A stretch of DNA of 64,000 bases from Alphaproteobacteria bacterium (GCA_033763555.1 JANRKK010000036.1:2418-66417); one strand, 5' to 3'. Numbered from the stretch's first letter, positions 1-11,169 are shown. Numbers and translations are program-made. Notes: generated from the letters alone by a model not told the origin.

Positions 1-530
1 CGTTCCTGCCAGAACTCCATCCGCAGCGGCGCAAGGCGATAGCCGCCCCAGTAAGGCGGGCGCTGCACAGGCTTACCTTCATATTGTTTTTCGATCTCTT
101 TCACCCGCGTTTCGAGAGCGGCGCGGCTGGCCAAAGGCTGCGACTGCGCCGAGGCCCAAGCACCGATCTGGCTGCCGCGCGGTCGCGCCGCGAAATAGGC
201 GTCCGATTCCGCATCGCTGATCGGAACCACACTGCCTTCCACACGAATTTGTCGATCGAGCGATTTCCAGTAAAGGCATATGGCCGCCTTGGCATTTTCA
301 CTCAGCTGCTGACCCTTGCGGCTCTGGCGGTTGGAAAAAAACACCAACCCGCGCGCATCATAGCCACGCAGCAGAACCATGCGCACCGACGGCACGCCGT
401 CCCGGCCTGCGGTCGCCAACGCCATGGCGTTCGGGTCTTCGGCTTCGGATGTTTCCGCCAGCGCATACCATTCCCGGAACAAAGCCCAGGGATCGGCAGG
501 CGGTGTAAAATTGATATTTTCAGAGGCCAT
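1..530 (-). CDS. pdxH: pyridoxamine 5'-phosphate oxidase, 3'-truncated by window edge
   Basis: Minus-strand translation from ATG at 528-530 gives MASENINFTPPADPWALFREWY...MVLLRGYDARGLVFFSN...YWGGYRLAPLRMEFWQ, the classic PdxH motifs. The ORF runs off the window start, so it is absent from the ORF track. Confidence 0.85.
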   Translation of the reverse strand, partial: MASENINFTPPADPWALFREWYALAETSEAEDPNAMALATAGRDGVPSVRMVLLRGYDARGLVFFSNRQSRKGQQLSENAKAAICLYWKSLDRQIRVEGSVVPISDAESDAYFAARPRGSQIGAWASAQSQPLASRAALETRVKEIEKQYEGKPVQRPPYWGGYRLAPLRMEFWQE

Positions 531-734
531 GATGCTGTGCGTCCCAGGGCAGACCCTAAAGCCCTCTCTCTTATTTTCCAAGTGAATCAGGGAGTTGCCC
601 GGCCTTCGACCACTGAAAACAACTCAGGGTGGAGAAATATATTGTCCCCACAGGCGCATACGGCTATATGGTGCGCCGCTCCGCAAGGGGCATCCCGCCC
701 GCCTGTTTCGACCCCTCATTCCCCTATCCGCTGC

Positions 735-1475
735 ATGGCCAGGACATTCCCTGCCGGAAACCAATTTTTTGCGCGTATGGCCGCTTGCGGCCTGATGGCG
801 CTGCTGGCCGCCTGCGCTTCCAACCCGCCGAAGACCGCGCCGCTGGACAGTTTGAAAGCCGAGGCCGCAGAGCCAGCTGCACCTTATCGCATCGGCATCG
901 GCGATGAAATCGAAATCAAATTTCTGTTCGCACCCGATTTGAATGACCGCCTGACCGTCCGGCCCGACGGGAAAATCTCGGTCATGTTCGCGCAGGATGT
1001 GCAGGCCGCCGGACAAACCACCGAGGAACTCGCAGCCGCACTGAAGAAAAAACTGGCGAAGCGGGTCAAGCAGCTGGATATGCTGGTGGTCGTCCGCACT
1101 TTCGGCAGCCAGCGGGTTTTTGTCGGCGGCGAGGTGATGCGCCCGGGGCCCGTGCAGCTGGTGGGGCGCGAAAATATCCTGCAAGTCCTGAATCAGGTGG
1201 GATGGATTACACCCGAAGCGGGCGGCGATAAAATCGTGCTTGTCCGCCGCGACGCGGAAGGCCGTGAAAATCTTTATCCTGTCAATCTGGACAGGCTGGT
1301 GAAGGGCGAAGCCATGGCGCAAAATATCTTTGTCCAGGCAGGCGATGTCATTCTTGTACCGCCGTCGGATGCCGTGGAGGCCGACCGCTGGATTGACCAG
1401 AATATCCGTAAAATCCTGCCTTTCTCCACAGGCGCAAGCGTGGTTTACGGTATCAACACGCGGGGCACACCATGA
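735..1475 (+). CDS. polysaccharide biosynthesis/export protein (Wza/GumB/ExoF family)
   Basis: The ORF 84..1475 contains MARTFPAGNQFFARMAACGLMALLAAC (lipobox-like LAAC). Motifs GDEIEIKF, RPDGKISV, VGGEV.RPG and GDVILVP are typical of the Wza-type periplasmic export family. The start is ATG 735 (alternative ATG 777). The 5' portion of ORF 84.. is antisense to pdxH and was discarded. Confidence 0.75.
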   Translation: MARTFPAGNQFFARMAACGLMALLAACASNPPKTAPLDSLKAEAAEPAAPYRIGIGDEIEIKFLFAPDLNDRLTVRPDGKISVMFAQDVQAAGQTTEELAAALKKKLAKRVKQLDMLVVVRTFGSQRVFVGGEVMRPGPVQLVGRENILQVLNQVGWITPEAGGDKIVLVRRDAEGRENLYPVNLDRLVKGEAMAQNIFVQAGDVILVPPSDAVEADRWIDQNIRKILPFSTGASVVYGINTRGTP

Positions 1476-2698
1476 CGCCCTCGCGCCGCGAATGGCTGGT
1501 TTTCTATTACAAATATCGCGCGCGGCTGCTGGCGACTTTCTGGCTGCCTGTTTTGGCTTTTACCGCGCTGTCTTTTGTTCCCGCGCCGCTTTACCGGGCG
1601 GACAGCGTGCTGATCGTCCGGCTGGGCTCGGAATATGTCTATCAGCCCGAAGTAACCGCCAACCGCAATGTCACGGCATCGGCTATCCCCTTCGACCGCG
1701 AACAGATTTTCAAATCCGAAGTTGCCATTCTCGGCAGCCGCGATTTGCATGAGCAAACTATTAAGGCCATCGGCCTGCACAAAATATATCCCGAACTTTT
1801 TGAACCGGGCCTCGCGGCGCAAGCCGCCGGACGCATCAACGATATGGATTTCGGCGCAGCGGAAGCGGCGCTGGCCGCGCCACGGCGTTATCTTGACGAA
1901 GCTTTCACGGAACCCGGCGACAGCCCCGTCCTCGACCGCCAGCGTCTGGCCCGCGCGACCGACCGATTTGAACAGCATCTGGATTTATTGCTGGGTAAGG
2001 ATTCCGCCGTCATCACGCTGGGCTTCGAGCATCAAAATCCGGTCATCGCCGCACAGGCGCTGAACACGCTGCTGAAACTCTATATGGAGAAGCGCCGCGA
2101 GCTTTACATGGAGCCGCGCGTGGAACTGGCCCAGACACAAACCGACGCCGCTCGCACCCGCGCCCAAGCCGCCAATCAGGCGATCGAGGATTTCAAGCGC
2201 AAACATAAAATCTACGCTCTGGCCGATCAGCGCGGTGCGTTGCTGCAGGCACGGATTGAGGTGGACAAGCAGATGGCCGTTGTTTCCAGCCCGTCGCTGC
2301 AAGCGCGGCAGGCTTTTTTCACGCGGCAGCTGGATGTGCTGGATGCGCAGGAACGCGAACTCAGCGGACTGCAGCATGAAGCCAAAATTGCCGATGAGGA
2401 TTACGCCTTTTTCTCACACAAGCTGGCCGAGGCACGGGCGTTCGAGGCTTTGCAGCATGAACGTGCGGGCGGCGTGCGCATCATCCAGCCGCCTGCGGCC
2501 CGGGCCGAACCGCGCAACCTGCAACCCTTGATCATCCTTGCCGGATTGTTTCTTGGAATTCTCTCCGCCTTGCTGACAGCAGCGCTGACCGAATTTTTCG
2601 GCAGCGGCTTCTTGACACCCGAAAAACTGGAACGCCATGTCGGGCTTCCCGTTCTGGCGGTTCTGCCTTTCGACAAGGGCCTGCGGCGGAGAGCTTAG
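1472..2698 (+). CDS. polysaccharide chain-length determinant / co-polymerase (Wzz/GumC/ExoP N-domain-like, no kinase domain)
   Basis: It has an N-terminal TM helix ([18 protein letters not shown]), a long coiled-coil periplasmic region and a C-terminal TM helix ([20 protein letters not shown]). It overlaps the Wza-like stop by 4 nt, consistent with an operon. Confidence 0.7.
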   Translation: MTPSRREWLVFYYKYRARLLATFWLPVLAFTALSFVPAPLYRADSVLIVRLGSEYVYQPEVTANRNVTASAIPFDREQIFKSEVAILGSRDLHEQTIKAIGLHKIYPELFEPGLAAQAAGRINDMDFGAAEAALAAPRRYLDEAFTEPGDSPVLDRQRLARATDRFEQHLDLLLGKDSAVITLGFEHQNPVIAAQALNTLLKLYMEKRRELYMEPRVELAQTQTDAARTRAQAANQAIEDFKRKHKIYALADQRGALLQARIEVDKQMAVVSSPSLQARQAFFTRQLDVLDAQERELSGLQHEAKIADEDYAFFSHKLAEARAFEALQHERAGGVRIIQPPAARAEPRNLQPLIILAGLFLGILSALLTAALTEFFGSGFLTPEKLERHVGLPVLAVLPFDKGLRRRA

Positions 2699-5445
2699 CC
2701 GCCTGCCCCATGGCAATGCTTGTATTTTTTGCCGGAACCGCAAGGGCAAGGTGCATTGCGCGATGTCTGACCCCAGGTTTCCGGGTTTTGCGCATCGAAA
2801 ATATTCTTTACAGGCCTCAACCCGCCGCGCGGATTGGCCGGATGGCGCAACACCACACCTTCCGGCAGAGGCTCGCCGCCGAATTCAGCAGGCAGCGCGG
2901 CATCGGGACCATGCAATTCCTGCATCGCCGTCTGACGCTGCGCCATGATTTCTTCCAGTGACGGCAGGCGCAATTCGGTATGCATCAGCATCCGCGTCAC
3001 CTGCTCGCGGATGGTATCGAGCATGATCTGGAACAGGCCGAAAGCTTCGCGGCTATATTCGTTCAGCGGGTCGCGCTGGCCATAGCCGCGCAGATGAATG
3101 CCCTGCCGCAGATGGTCAAGCGCCAACAGATGGTCTTTCCAGCTTTGATCCAGCACGCTGAGCAAGGCGGCCTTTTGCGTCCGCAGCCGCGCATCATCCG
3201 TTAAAATCGCCATATTGGCGGTCATTTTTTCGGCGGCAGCCTCCTGAATGCGCTTTTCAATTTCTGGCGCGGCGACATTGTTTTCCTGCGCCCAGGCTTC
3301 GATCGGCAGATCAAGCGCCAGAATTTCCTTCGTGCGTTCCTTCAGGCCCGATAAATCCCATTGCTCGACATAGGAATGCTGTGGAATGGCTTGCGCGACA
3401 AGCGTATGCACAACCTCTTCGCGTAAATCATCGATGGTTTCTGATACATCCGCGGCTGCCATAATGTCGCGGCGCTGTTCATAGATCACCTTGCGCTGAT
3501 CATTCATTACATTGTCGAATTTCAGCAGGTTTTTGCGGATGTCGAAGTTGCGGGCCTCGACCTTTTCCTGTGCCTTGGCCAGCGCCGTGGTAATCCAGGG
3601 ATGGGCGATTTTTTCGCCGTCGCGCAAACCGAGGCGTGACAGAATTTCCTGCGTCCGGTTATGCGCACCGAAGATACGCATGAGATCATCTTCCAGCGAC
3701 AGGAAGAAAATCGAGGCGCCCGGGTCGCCTTGGCGGCCCGAGCGGCCGCGCAGCTGATTGTCGATGCGGCGGGATTCATGCCGCTCGGTGCCGATGACGA
3801 AAAGACCGCCCGCTTCGCGCACTTGTTCGCGGAATTCTTCCGTTTCCTTGCGGATGGCGGCTTCGCGTTGCGCACGTGCGCCTTCCTCGGTGATATCCTG
3901 CAATTCATTCTGCAAGCGCATATCCAGATTGCCGCCCAGCTGAATATCCGTGCCGCGGCCCGCCATATTGGTGGCGATGGTCACCGCGCCGGGACGGCCC
4001 GCCTGCGCAATAATACTGGCTTCCTGCTCGTGATACCGGGCGTTCAAGACATTATGCGGAACCTTATGTTTCTTGAGTTTTTCCGACAGCAATTCCGACT
4101 TTTCGATGGAAACGGTGCCGACCAGAACGGGTTGGCCACGGTCGCGGCATTCTTCGATGCGGGCGATGATGGCGTCATATTTTTCGGCCATCGTGCCATA
4201 GACTTCGTCATGCATATCGTCGCGCTGGACGGGCACATTGGTTGGAATCTCAAGAACCTCCAGCCCGTAAATTTCGGCGAATTCCGCCGCTTCGGTCAGC
4301 GCCGTTCCGGTCATGCCCGCCAGCTTGGGGTAGAGACGGAAATAATTCTGGAAAGTGATGGAGGCGAGCGTCTGGTTCTCGCGCTGGATGGAGACATGCT
4401 CCTTGGCTTCCAGCGCCTGATGAAGCCCATCCGAGAAACGGCGGCCCTCCATCATGCGGCCCGTAAATTCGTCGATAATGATAAGCTTGTCGTCCTTCAC
4501 GATGTAATCGACATCAGGGGCAAAAAGCTTGTGCGCGCGTAACGCCTGATTCACATGGTGGACAACCTGAATATTTTGCGGGTCATAAAGCCCGCCGCCC
4601 GGCGTCAGCAGTCCGGCTTCGCCCAGCAGGGTTTCGATCTTTTCGTTTCCAACTTCGGTCAGCGTCACAACGCGGGATTTTTCATCCTTTTCGTAATCTT
4701 CGGAGTCGAGGCGCGGAATAAGCGCATCGATCTTCATATAAAGCTCGGAGGAATCTTCGGCGGGGCCGGAGATAATCAGCGGCGTACGCGCTTCATCGAC
4801 CAGAATACTGTCGACTTCATCGACAATGGCATAATTAAAGGGCCGTTGCACCAGATCTTCATGCGCGAATTTCATATTGTCGCGCAGATAATCGAAGCCA
4901 AATTCATTGTTGGTGCCATAGGTGATGTCGGCACCATAGGCCGCGCGGCGCTCATCATCCTCCAGCCCATGCACGATGCAACCGACCGACAGGCCGAGGA
5001 AACCGTAGATTTTTCCCATCCAGGCGCTGTCGCGCTTGGCAAGGTAATCATTCACCGTCACGACATGCACGCCCTTGCCGCTGAGAGCATTGAGATAAAC
5101 GGGCAAAGTGGCGACCAGCGTCTTGCCTTCCCCGGTTTTCATTTCGGCGATCCGGCCGTCATGAAGCACCATGCCGCCGCGCAGCTGCACATCGAAGGGA
5201 CGCTGCCCGAGCGAGCGTTGCGCCGCTTCGCGCACCGTGGCGAAGGCTTCCGGCAGAAGCTGGTCGAGTTTTTCACCTTTGGCGATACGGGCACGGAATT
5301 CATCCGTCTTGGCGCGCAACTGATCGTCGGTAAGCTTGCGGAATTCGGGTTCCAGCGCGTTGATCTGCACGACGGTGGCGTCCTGCGCCCGCAGGATGCG
5401 GTCGTTATGAGAGCCGAAAAATTTACGGGCCAGCGAGGTCAGCAT
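2695..5445 (-). CDS. secA: preprotein translocase ATPase SecA
   Basis: [19 protein letters not shown]...[14 protein letters not shown]... and a C-terminal Zn finger [14 protein letters not shown]. The track start at 5448 is a TTG; ATG at 5445 was taken. Confidence 0.95.
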   Translation of the reverse strand: MLTSLARKFFGSHNDRILRAQDATVVQINALEPEFRKLTDDQLRAKTDEFRARIAKGEKLDQLLPEAFATVREAAQRSLGQRPFDVQLRGGMVLHDGRIAEMKTGEGKTLVATLPVYLNALSGKGVHVVTVNDYLAKRDSAWMGKIYGFLGLSVGCIVHGLEDDERRAAYGADITYGTNNEFGFDYLRDNMKFAHEDLVQRPFNYAIVDEVDSILVDEARTPLIISGPAEDSSELYMKIDALIPRLDSEDYEKDEKSRVVTLTEVGNEKIETLLGEAGLLTPGGGLYDPQNIQVVHHVNQALRAHKLFAPDVDYIVKDDKLIIIDEFTGRMMEGRRFSDGLHQALEAKEHVSIQRENQTLASITFQNYFRLYPKLAGMTGTALTEAAEFAEIYGLEVLEIPTNVPVQRDDMHDEVYGTMAEKYDAIIARIEECRDRGQPVLVGTVSIEKSELLSEKLKKHKVPHNVLNARYHEQEASIIAQAGRPGAVTIATNMAGRGTDIQLGGNLDMRLQNELQDITEEGARAQREAAIRKETEEFREQVREAGGLFVIGTERHESRRIDNQLRGRSGRQGDPGASIFFLSLEDDLMRIFGAHNRTQEILSRLGLRDGEKIAHPWITTALAKAQEKVEARNFDIRKNLLKFDNVMNDQRKVIYEQRRDIMAAADVSETIDDLREEVVHTLVAQAIPQHSYVEQWDLSGLKERTKEILALDLPIEAWAQENNVAAPEIEKRIQEAAAEKMTANMAILTDDARLRTQKAALLSVLDQSWKDHLLALDHLRQGIHLRGYGQRDPLNEYSREAFGLFQIMLDTIREQVTRMLMHTELRLPSLEEIMAQRQTAMQELHGPDAALPAEFGGEPLPEGVVLRHPANPRGGLRPVKNIFDAQNPETWGQTSRNAPCPCGSGKKYKHCHGAGG

Positions 5446-5575
5446 CAAACACCGGAATCATTAAGAATTCTGAGGGTTGTACATGGTTCTTTCCGGCCAG
5501 AAAAGCAAGGGCGGAGAGCGGTTTTTGCCCTGATTTTGCCGTTTTCCGCGGCAAAAAAACCGCCTAAAAGAGGCT

Positions 5576-6775
5576 ATGTCTCGCAAAAGCGCTTTTCAGG
5601 CCGACATCATCATTGTGGGCGGCGGGCCCTCGGGCCTCAGCCTGGCCACCAGCCTCGGTGCGGCAGGGCTCGAGACTATCGTGCTGGAACGCGCGGTGCC
5701 GCCTGCAAAAAATACCCGCTTCGACGGGCGGACGCTGGCACTCTCTTTCCGCTCAGCGCAAGTGCTGAAGGCCAGCGGTGTCTGGCCGCTGATCGAACCA
5801 TCGGCCTGCCCCATTCTCGATATCCGCATTGCCGACCAGAATTCCCGCGCGTATCTCGATTTTCACCATAAAGACATCGGCAACCCTTTCGGATGGATTG
5901 TTGAACATCATCTGTTCCGCGCCGCCTTGGAAAAACGCGTCCACCCGATGAAAGCCGTACGCGTTGTTGCGCCTGCCATCGTGCGCGGCATGGATTTCGA
6001 TAGTGCTTTAGCGCGCACCACACTGGAAGACGGGCAGGTCTTTTCGGCGCCTTTAGTCATCGGCGCGGACGGGCGCAACTCGGCCTGCCGTGAAGCTGCA
6101 GGTATCGAAACCTATGGATGGGATTACGGCCAGACGGCCATCGCCTGCGTTATCCGCCACAGCCTGCCACATCAGAATATCGCGGTGGAACATTTCCATC
6201 CCGGCGGGCCTTTCGCCACCCTGCCGATGACGAAACAACGCACTTCGATTGTCTGGACAGAAAAAACAAAAACAGCCGAAGCGCTCATGGAAATGAACAG
6301 AGAAAAATTCACCAAAATTTTACAGACAAAAGTCGAAGATTGGTTGGGTGATATTGAATTGCTGGGCGAGCCTTTCGTCCATCCGGTATCGTTGCAGCAT
6401 GCAAAAACCTACACCGCGCCGCGCCTGGCGCTGATCGGCGATGCGGCGCACAGCATCCACCCTATCGCGGGACAAGGGTTTAATCTCGGCATGGGCGATA
6501 TTGAGGCGCTGACGGATGTGCTGGCAAAAGCCGTGCGGCTGGGGCTTGATCTCGGTTCGCCGGACGTCCTGCGGCGCTATGAAAAACGGCGCAAGGCAGA
6601 AAATGGTAATATGGTGCTGGCGACCGACGGATTGGTACGGCTTTTCTCCAACGCCATCCTACCTATGCAGGCCGCGCGGCGCTTCGGCCTTGGCGCTGTG
6701 CAAAATATGCCCGCGCTGAAACGCTTCTTCATGCGCACGGCGATGGGAATCGGAAAAGAAAAGCGAAGCGCCTAA
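5576..6775 (+). CDS. FAD-dependent ubiquinone-biosynthesis hydroxylase (UbiH/UbiF/VisC/COQ6 family)
   Basis: An N-terminal GxGxxG motif (IIIVGGGPSGLSLA), the pattern DGRTLALS...GADGRNS...IGDAAHSIHPIAGQGFNLG, and an RBS AAAAGAGG upstream of ATG 5576. Confidence 0.85.
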   Translation: MSRKSAFQADIIIVGGGPSGLSLATSLGAAGLETIVLERAVPPAKNTRFDGRTLALSFRSAQVLKASGVWPLIEPSACPILDIRIADQNSRAYLDFHHKDIGNPFGWIVEHHLFRAALEKRVHPMKAVRVVAPAIVRGMDFDSALARTTLEDGQVFSAPLVIGADGRNSACREAAGIETYGWDYGQTAIACVIRHSLPHQNIAVEHFHPGGPFATLPMTKQRTSIVWTEKTKTAEALMEMNREKFTKILQTKVEDWLGDIELLGEPFVHPVSLQHAKTYTAPRLALIGDAAHSIHPIAGQGFNLGMGDIEALTDVLAKAVRLGLDLGSPDVLRRYEKRRKAENGNMVLATDGLVRLFSNAILPMQAARRFGLGAVQNMPALKRFFMRTAMGIGKEKRSA

Positions 6776-7182
6776 ACTTGGGGCTGCAATCCACTGGAAA
6801 TCTGTGCCACCTGCGGCATTTCGGTAAGCCGCTTGGCTTGGTCATAAGTAAGCCTTGCGGATACGAAAAAACCTTCGGCAAGCCGCATCTGATCTTTGCT
6901 GTGTGGAGATGGAACTATTTCCGCACCCAAATTTTTATTCGTTGTGTGATGTCTGTTGCGCAGGCACGAGCAACCTTCAAACGGCTTGATCCATTGTTCG
7001 CGGCCCCTATATCGGGATAAACATGACAATCGATTACGCCGCCTCTTTTTAATTCTTTCAAAAAAACGGTTGGTATTTTCCGACGACGTTTAGAGCGTTG
7101 ACGCATAATGAATTCCCTTAAAATTTAAACCTTGGGAACTCTATAGCAAATTTTCAGGAAAGTGGACTCAAGAAATCAGACT

Positions 7183-10100
7183 CTAATTAACCTTAACATC
7201 CACCCTATCCGGGTCGCCGCTGGGCACATTGGCGCCAAGCGCCCGAACATCGATGCGCGCGCTGGAAATGCCCTTGGCAGTGAGAAAGTCGCGCACCGCA
7301 AGCGCGCGGGAAAGCGACAGGCGTCGCGCATCGCGCGGCGAGGTGCTGGTGCCAACATCGGCATAGGCGGTCAGCGTCACGCGTACATCGCCATTCGCAT
7401 TCAGTACCGAGGCCAGCTTGTCGAGATTGGGCACGGCCTTGTTGCCGATATTGTCCGAGCCGCGCGTGAAGCTGAAAGTGGAGATCGACGGATCCAGCGT
7501 GAAGTGATTGCCGGGGATGAGCGGACGACCGCCTGTGGCCTTGAGACCCGAGGAAGTTTCCGCCGTATCGCGCAGCATGGGCGCGGCCAGCGGCGTGGTT
7601 CCCGCAGGCAGGTCGGCAGCCGTCGCCGGAGCCATGGGGCTTTCACCGGGCGCAGGCACAGGCGGCAGGGCGGAAGGTTCAGGCGGCGCAGCGAAGGGCT
7701 TGGACGGTTTCAGTTGCGGCATCGTGCCTGTTTCCAGCGGCGGCAAAGGGCCTGTGGGCAGGCGCGGCGTGGTCAAAGCGCCGCCGCTGACGCTGGGGGT
7801 CGGCGCAGCCTGAGGCGCAGGAGCTTCCGCAGGCGTGGAGACGAGAGAGGGCAAGGGGCCGCCACTGGTTCCGCCTGCCAGAGGCGCCACGCAGGCGACC
7901 GCGCCGCCGCCATTGGTGCCCGAGCAGCTCCATGTCCAGGGACCGCGGCCATTAACGGCGCTGGCGATACCTGCCGAACACAGCGCGCTGCGCGGCGTGG
8001 TTAAAGTCGGCACGCCGCTGGCGGAACCGCAAACGCCCGTGATCGGCGCAGGCGGTTGCAGGGGCGCGGTGCAGCTGACGCTCATCCCGCCATTTTCGCC
8101 AAGGCAATTCCAGTTCCAGGGGCCCTGCCCGCTGACGGCTGTCGCCGTTCCCCCGGTGCAAAGATCATCCATCGGCTGCACCAGAGCGGCGACGCCATTC
8201 GCGTTGCCGCACAACCCGTTCACCGACGGGCCGGGCGGCGGCGGAGCCGGAGGCACATCTTTTTGCGCCGAGCAGGATGTCGCCGCGCCACCGTTCAGGC
8301 CGCCGCATGTCCATGTCCAGGGGCCCTGGCCATACACATTGCTGGCCACGCCGCTGTCGCAGAGATTGGCAGCAGGAGCGGAAATTGTTGTCGCACTGGC
8401 GGCAGCGCCACAGGAACCATCGACCCGCGTCTGCGCCTGCGAAGCGGCCGAGCAACTGACGCTTACGCCGCCACCGGAGCCGACACAACTCCACATCCAA
8501 GGGCCTGTGCCCTGCACGCCTGTCGCTGTGCCGGAATTGCAAAGCCCTGTGGCAGGCGCGCTGCGCTGCACGGAACCGTTGGTCGCGCCGCAAGCGGCAT
8601 CGGTGAATTTCGGCGCTTCGCACGAGGCTTTATGCTTGCCCTTGGTGCAGTTCCACTGCCATGGGCCGCTGCCGCGCACCGCGCTGGCTTTTCCGGAAGC
8701 GCACAGGCTTTCCGACGGCGCTTCAGATGTTCCCGTTCCGGATACCGTACCGCAAGCAGCCTTCTCTTCCGCCACCGTCACGGCTGCGGCAGGCGCAGCC
8801 TTGGGTGCAGGGGCTTCGGTTGTTTTGGAGGAACCGGAAGACAGGCTGCCAACTCCTTGCGAGGAGGGTGACAGAGTCGAACAGGGAATGTCATGCCCTT
8901 CGACATCGCAGCTCCAATGCCAAGGGCCGTCGCCGCGCACCGCGCCGGGCTTGCCCTTGCTGCACAAATCTTTTTCCGGCGCACCGAAGGCGATGCGCTC
9001 GGACGCCGCACCACAAGCCGGATGATGCGCTTTCGCCGCACGATGCGCGGGCGGCGCGGGTGCGGCTGTTTCTTCCGAAGTCGCGCTTTCCTGCAAAGCA
9101 GGCGCAGGAACGGGTGTGGAATCCGATGCTTCGGCCGAAGCGGGCGCGCTGCCCAAAGGCGCCGTGCAGCTTTGGCTGTCACCGCCGCCTGTGCCTGCGC
9201 AGTTCCACGACCAGGGGCCAACGCCTGTTACGCGTGATGCAGCGCCCGAAGCGCAGAGATTTTCACCCGGCGCTTCAGCGACAGGAACGCCGTTCGCGCT
9301 ACCACAAGCACCATTGATGCTGATCGGTGCGGTGCAGGAAACTGCCGCGCCGCCATTCGCGCCGCTGCACGCCCAGTTCCATGGGCCACCGCCCGTCACT
9401 GACGAAGCGCGGCCAACACTGCACAAATCCTTGATCGGCGCTTCGCGATGGCTGACGCCCGAAGCCGGGCCGCAAACCGCATCCTGCCGCGGCGCGGCCG
9501 AGCAGGTCGCCGCCGCACCGCCATGTAGACCGGAACATGTCCAGTTCCAGGGGCCGCTGCCTGTCACGGCGCTGGCGTAGCCTGCCGCGCACAAATCGCT
9601 CATCGGCATGTCGCTGGCATCGGTGTTGTTGGCCGCACCGCAAGCGCCATCGATCTTCGCCGTTGCGCTGCAAGCTGCCGCATGGCCGCCATTCTTGCCC
9701 GAGCAGGCCCAGTTCCAGGGTCCTTCGCCGCTAACGCGGCTGGGAATACCGCGGGCGCAGAGGCCGGATGTGGGGGCCTGCCCCGTCGCGCCGCCAGAAG
9801 CGGCACCGCAGACGCCATCTTCAGCCATAGGCGCGGATGGGCTGGGAGCAGTGGTGGTGGTTGCAATGGCAGGCGCGGGTGTCGCCGAAGGCAGCGCAGG
9901 CGCAGCGCAGGAAACGATCATACCGCCATTCAGGCCACGGCAGTTCCAGCGCCATGGCCCGTCGCCGCTGACACTGCTGGCTTCACCGGATGCGCATAAA
10001 TCACCATAAGGCGCGGACGCCATGGCCAACCCGTTCGCGCTGCCGCAAGCGCCATCGCCCTGCGACAAGGCCGGAGCCTGATAGGCAGGCGCCGTTTCAG

Positions 10101-11031
10101 AAGGAGCCGCAAAGCTTGTGGCCGATGATGAAGGAGCCGTCAGCGGCGCCGCGCCAGCATCACCTTCGGGCGGCGCGCAGCTGTTGCTGACCCAGACATC
10201 CTGCAAGCTGCTGCCGGGACAGGCGATGCGGGTTTCACCGCGAATCTGGCCCGTGAAGCTGGCGGGATAGCCCGCCTCGGTGCAGTTTTTCACCCAGGAT
10301 TCGGAACGCGGCGTGCAGCCATCAGCATCGGGAACGGCTGGAGCCACGGGCGCCGAAATTGTTGGCGCTGGCGACGATGAAGTTGAAGCGGGCGCCGAAG
10401 ATGAAGCGCGTGGAACCTCGACACCGCCGATAAAGGTGCCGGATGATGAAGGCGCTGCTGAAGGTTGCGACGCGATTTGCGATACGGGCGCCGCCGCGCC
10501 ATCGAGAGGCATGCCACCGGATAAATCTTTCGGTTCGCGTCCGGGTTCATACTGAACGCCAGGTTCAGGCACGGAAACGGGGCGCGGCGGAACAGCATCG
10601 GATGCAGGCGCAGACGCCGCAGCCATGCCTGCGGCACCCGGCAGCTGTGGTGGCTTGAGCGGCGTTCCGACTTCTTCACCGCTTTTCTGCAGGACAAGCT
10701 TCATGCCCTGCATCATCATCAGATTGGTGGCGCTGGATTTCGGCGCGGCGGCAAGCGAGGGTGCGACAGCAGGCGGCGTTAAGACCGATGCAGGCGGCGG
10801 TGCGGCTTTTTTCGGTGGATGGGCTGTCAGCACATCCTCAAGCGTCATCTGCCCGGCTTTCAACGGCCTGTTGAATGCCGGAACATTGGGCGGCGGGGGC
10901 GACGGCACGGCCTGCTCGAGATAGGTTTCGACAGCGGCCTGCGCTGCGCCTGTCCAGCCACAAAGAAGCACGGCCGCCAGCAAGGCGAGCCCGGTTTTTT
11001 CTGTTATTTTTGAACAGCGAAGGAAGGACAT
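7183..11031 (-). CDS. secreted cysteine-repeat protein with C-terminal OmpA-like peptidoglycan-binding domain
   Basis: ATG at 11031 gives a signal peptide MSFLRCSKITEKTGLALLAAVLLCGWTGAAQA. Pro/Ala-rich linkers separate about 11 tandem ~52-aa modules of the form CG.A...(n)LC..G.AS.V.G.GPW.W.C.G..GG....C (4 Cys each). The C-terminus LTAYADVGTSTSPRDARRLSLSRALAVRDFLTAKGISSARIDVRALGA matches the OmpA/MotB C-domain. The track ORF start at 11061 is GTG; ATG 11031 is preferred. Confidence 0.8.
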   Translation of the reverse strand: MSFLRCSKITEKTGLALLAAVLLCGWTGAAQAAVETYLEQAVPSPPPPNVPAFNRPLKAGQMTLEDVLTAHPPKKAAPPPASVLTPPAVAPSLAAAPKSSATNLMMMQGMKLVLQKSGEEVGTPLKPPQLPGAAGMAAASAPASDAVPPRPVSVPEPGVQYEPGREPKDLSGGMPLDGAAAPVSQIASQPSAAPSSSGTFIGGVEVPRASSSAPASTSSSPAPTISAPVAPAVPDADGCTPRSESWVKNCTEAGYPASFTGQIRGETRIACPGSSLQDVWVSNSCAPPEGDAGAAPLTAPSSSATSFAAPSETAPAYQAPALSQGDGACGSANGLAMASAPYGDLCASGEASSVSGDGPWRWNCRGLNGGMIVSCAAPALPSATPAPAIATTTTAPSPSAPMAEDGVCGAASGGATGQAPTSGLCARGIPSRVSGEGPWNWACSGKNGGHAAACSATAKIDGACGAANNTDASDMPMSDLCAAGYASAVTGSGPWNWTCSGLHGGAAATCSAAPRQDAVCGPASGVSHREAPIKDLCSVGRASSVTGGGPWNWACSGANGGAAVSCTAPISINGACGSANGVPVAEAPGENLCASGAASRVTGVGPWSWNCAGTGGGDSQSCTAPLGSAPASAEASDSTPVPAPALQESATSEETAAPAPPAHRAAKAHHPACGAASERIAFGAPEKDLCSKGKPGAVRGDGPWHWSCDVEGHDIPCSTLSPSSQGVGSLSSGSSKTTEAPAPKAAPAAAVTVAEEKAACGTVSGTGTSEAPSESLCASGKASAVRGSGPWQWNCTKGKHKASCEAPKFTDAACGATNGSVQRSAPATGLCNSGTATGVQGTGPWMWSCVGSGGGVSVSCSAASQAQTRVDGSCGAAASATTISAPAANLCDSGVASNVYGQGPWTWTCGGLNGGAATSCSAQKDVPPAPPPPGPSVNGLCGNANGVAALVQPMDDLCTGGTATAVSGQGPWNWNCLGENGGMSVSCTAPLQPPAPITGVCGSASGVPTLTTPRSALCSAGIASAVNGRGPWTWSCSGTNGGGAVACVAPLAGGTSGGPLPSLVSTPAEAPAPQAAPTPSVSGGALTTPRLPTGPLPPLETGTMPQLKPSKPFAAPPEPSALPPVPAPGESPMAPATAADLPAGTTPLAAPMLRDTAETSSGLKATGGRPLIPGNHFTLDPSISTFSFTRGSDNIGNKAVPNLDKLASVLNANGDVRVTLTAYADVGTSTSPRDARRLSLSRALAVRDFLTAKGISSARIDVRALGANVPSGDPDRVDVKVN

Positions 11032-11169
11032 CGGCGAACAGAACCCGTCACGAATCGACACCCAAATGTTCTAATGGCATCGGGCCGCCTAGTCGATAGC
11101 GATTATTAGGAAAAAACCGCGTATTCAGGCTTTAAAAGCAGGCTGTTGCCGCAAATCCAGAGCGCGGCC

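Noticed and set aside
84-734. 5' portion of track ORF 84..1475 (N-terminal 217 aa)
   Set aside because: It is antisense to a clear pdxH coding region and has no protein-like sequence. The real Wza-like gene starts at an internal ATG at 735 or 777.
624-1322. 232-aa minus-strand ORF
   Set aside because: It is fully antisense to the Wza-like export gene and is a high-GC artefact.
3661-5871. Plus-strand ORFs 3661..4542 and 4555..5871
   Set aside because: They are antisense to secA, have no RBS and show low-complexity translation.
6772-7029. Overlapping 80-85-aa ORFs on both strands in the ubiH-OmpA intergenic gap
   Set aside because: They have no RBS, implausible composition (Cys/Arg/His-rich) and no homology cues. 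The region is reported as unexplained non-coding instead.
7835-10009. Multiple long plus-strand ORFs (396 aa, 271 aa, 154 aa and others) inside 7183..11031
   Set aside because: They are antisense or frame-shifted readings of the Ala/Pro/Gly-rich Cys-repeat gene. The minus-strand frame gives the coherent repeat architecture and the OmpA domain.
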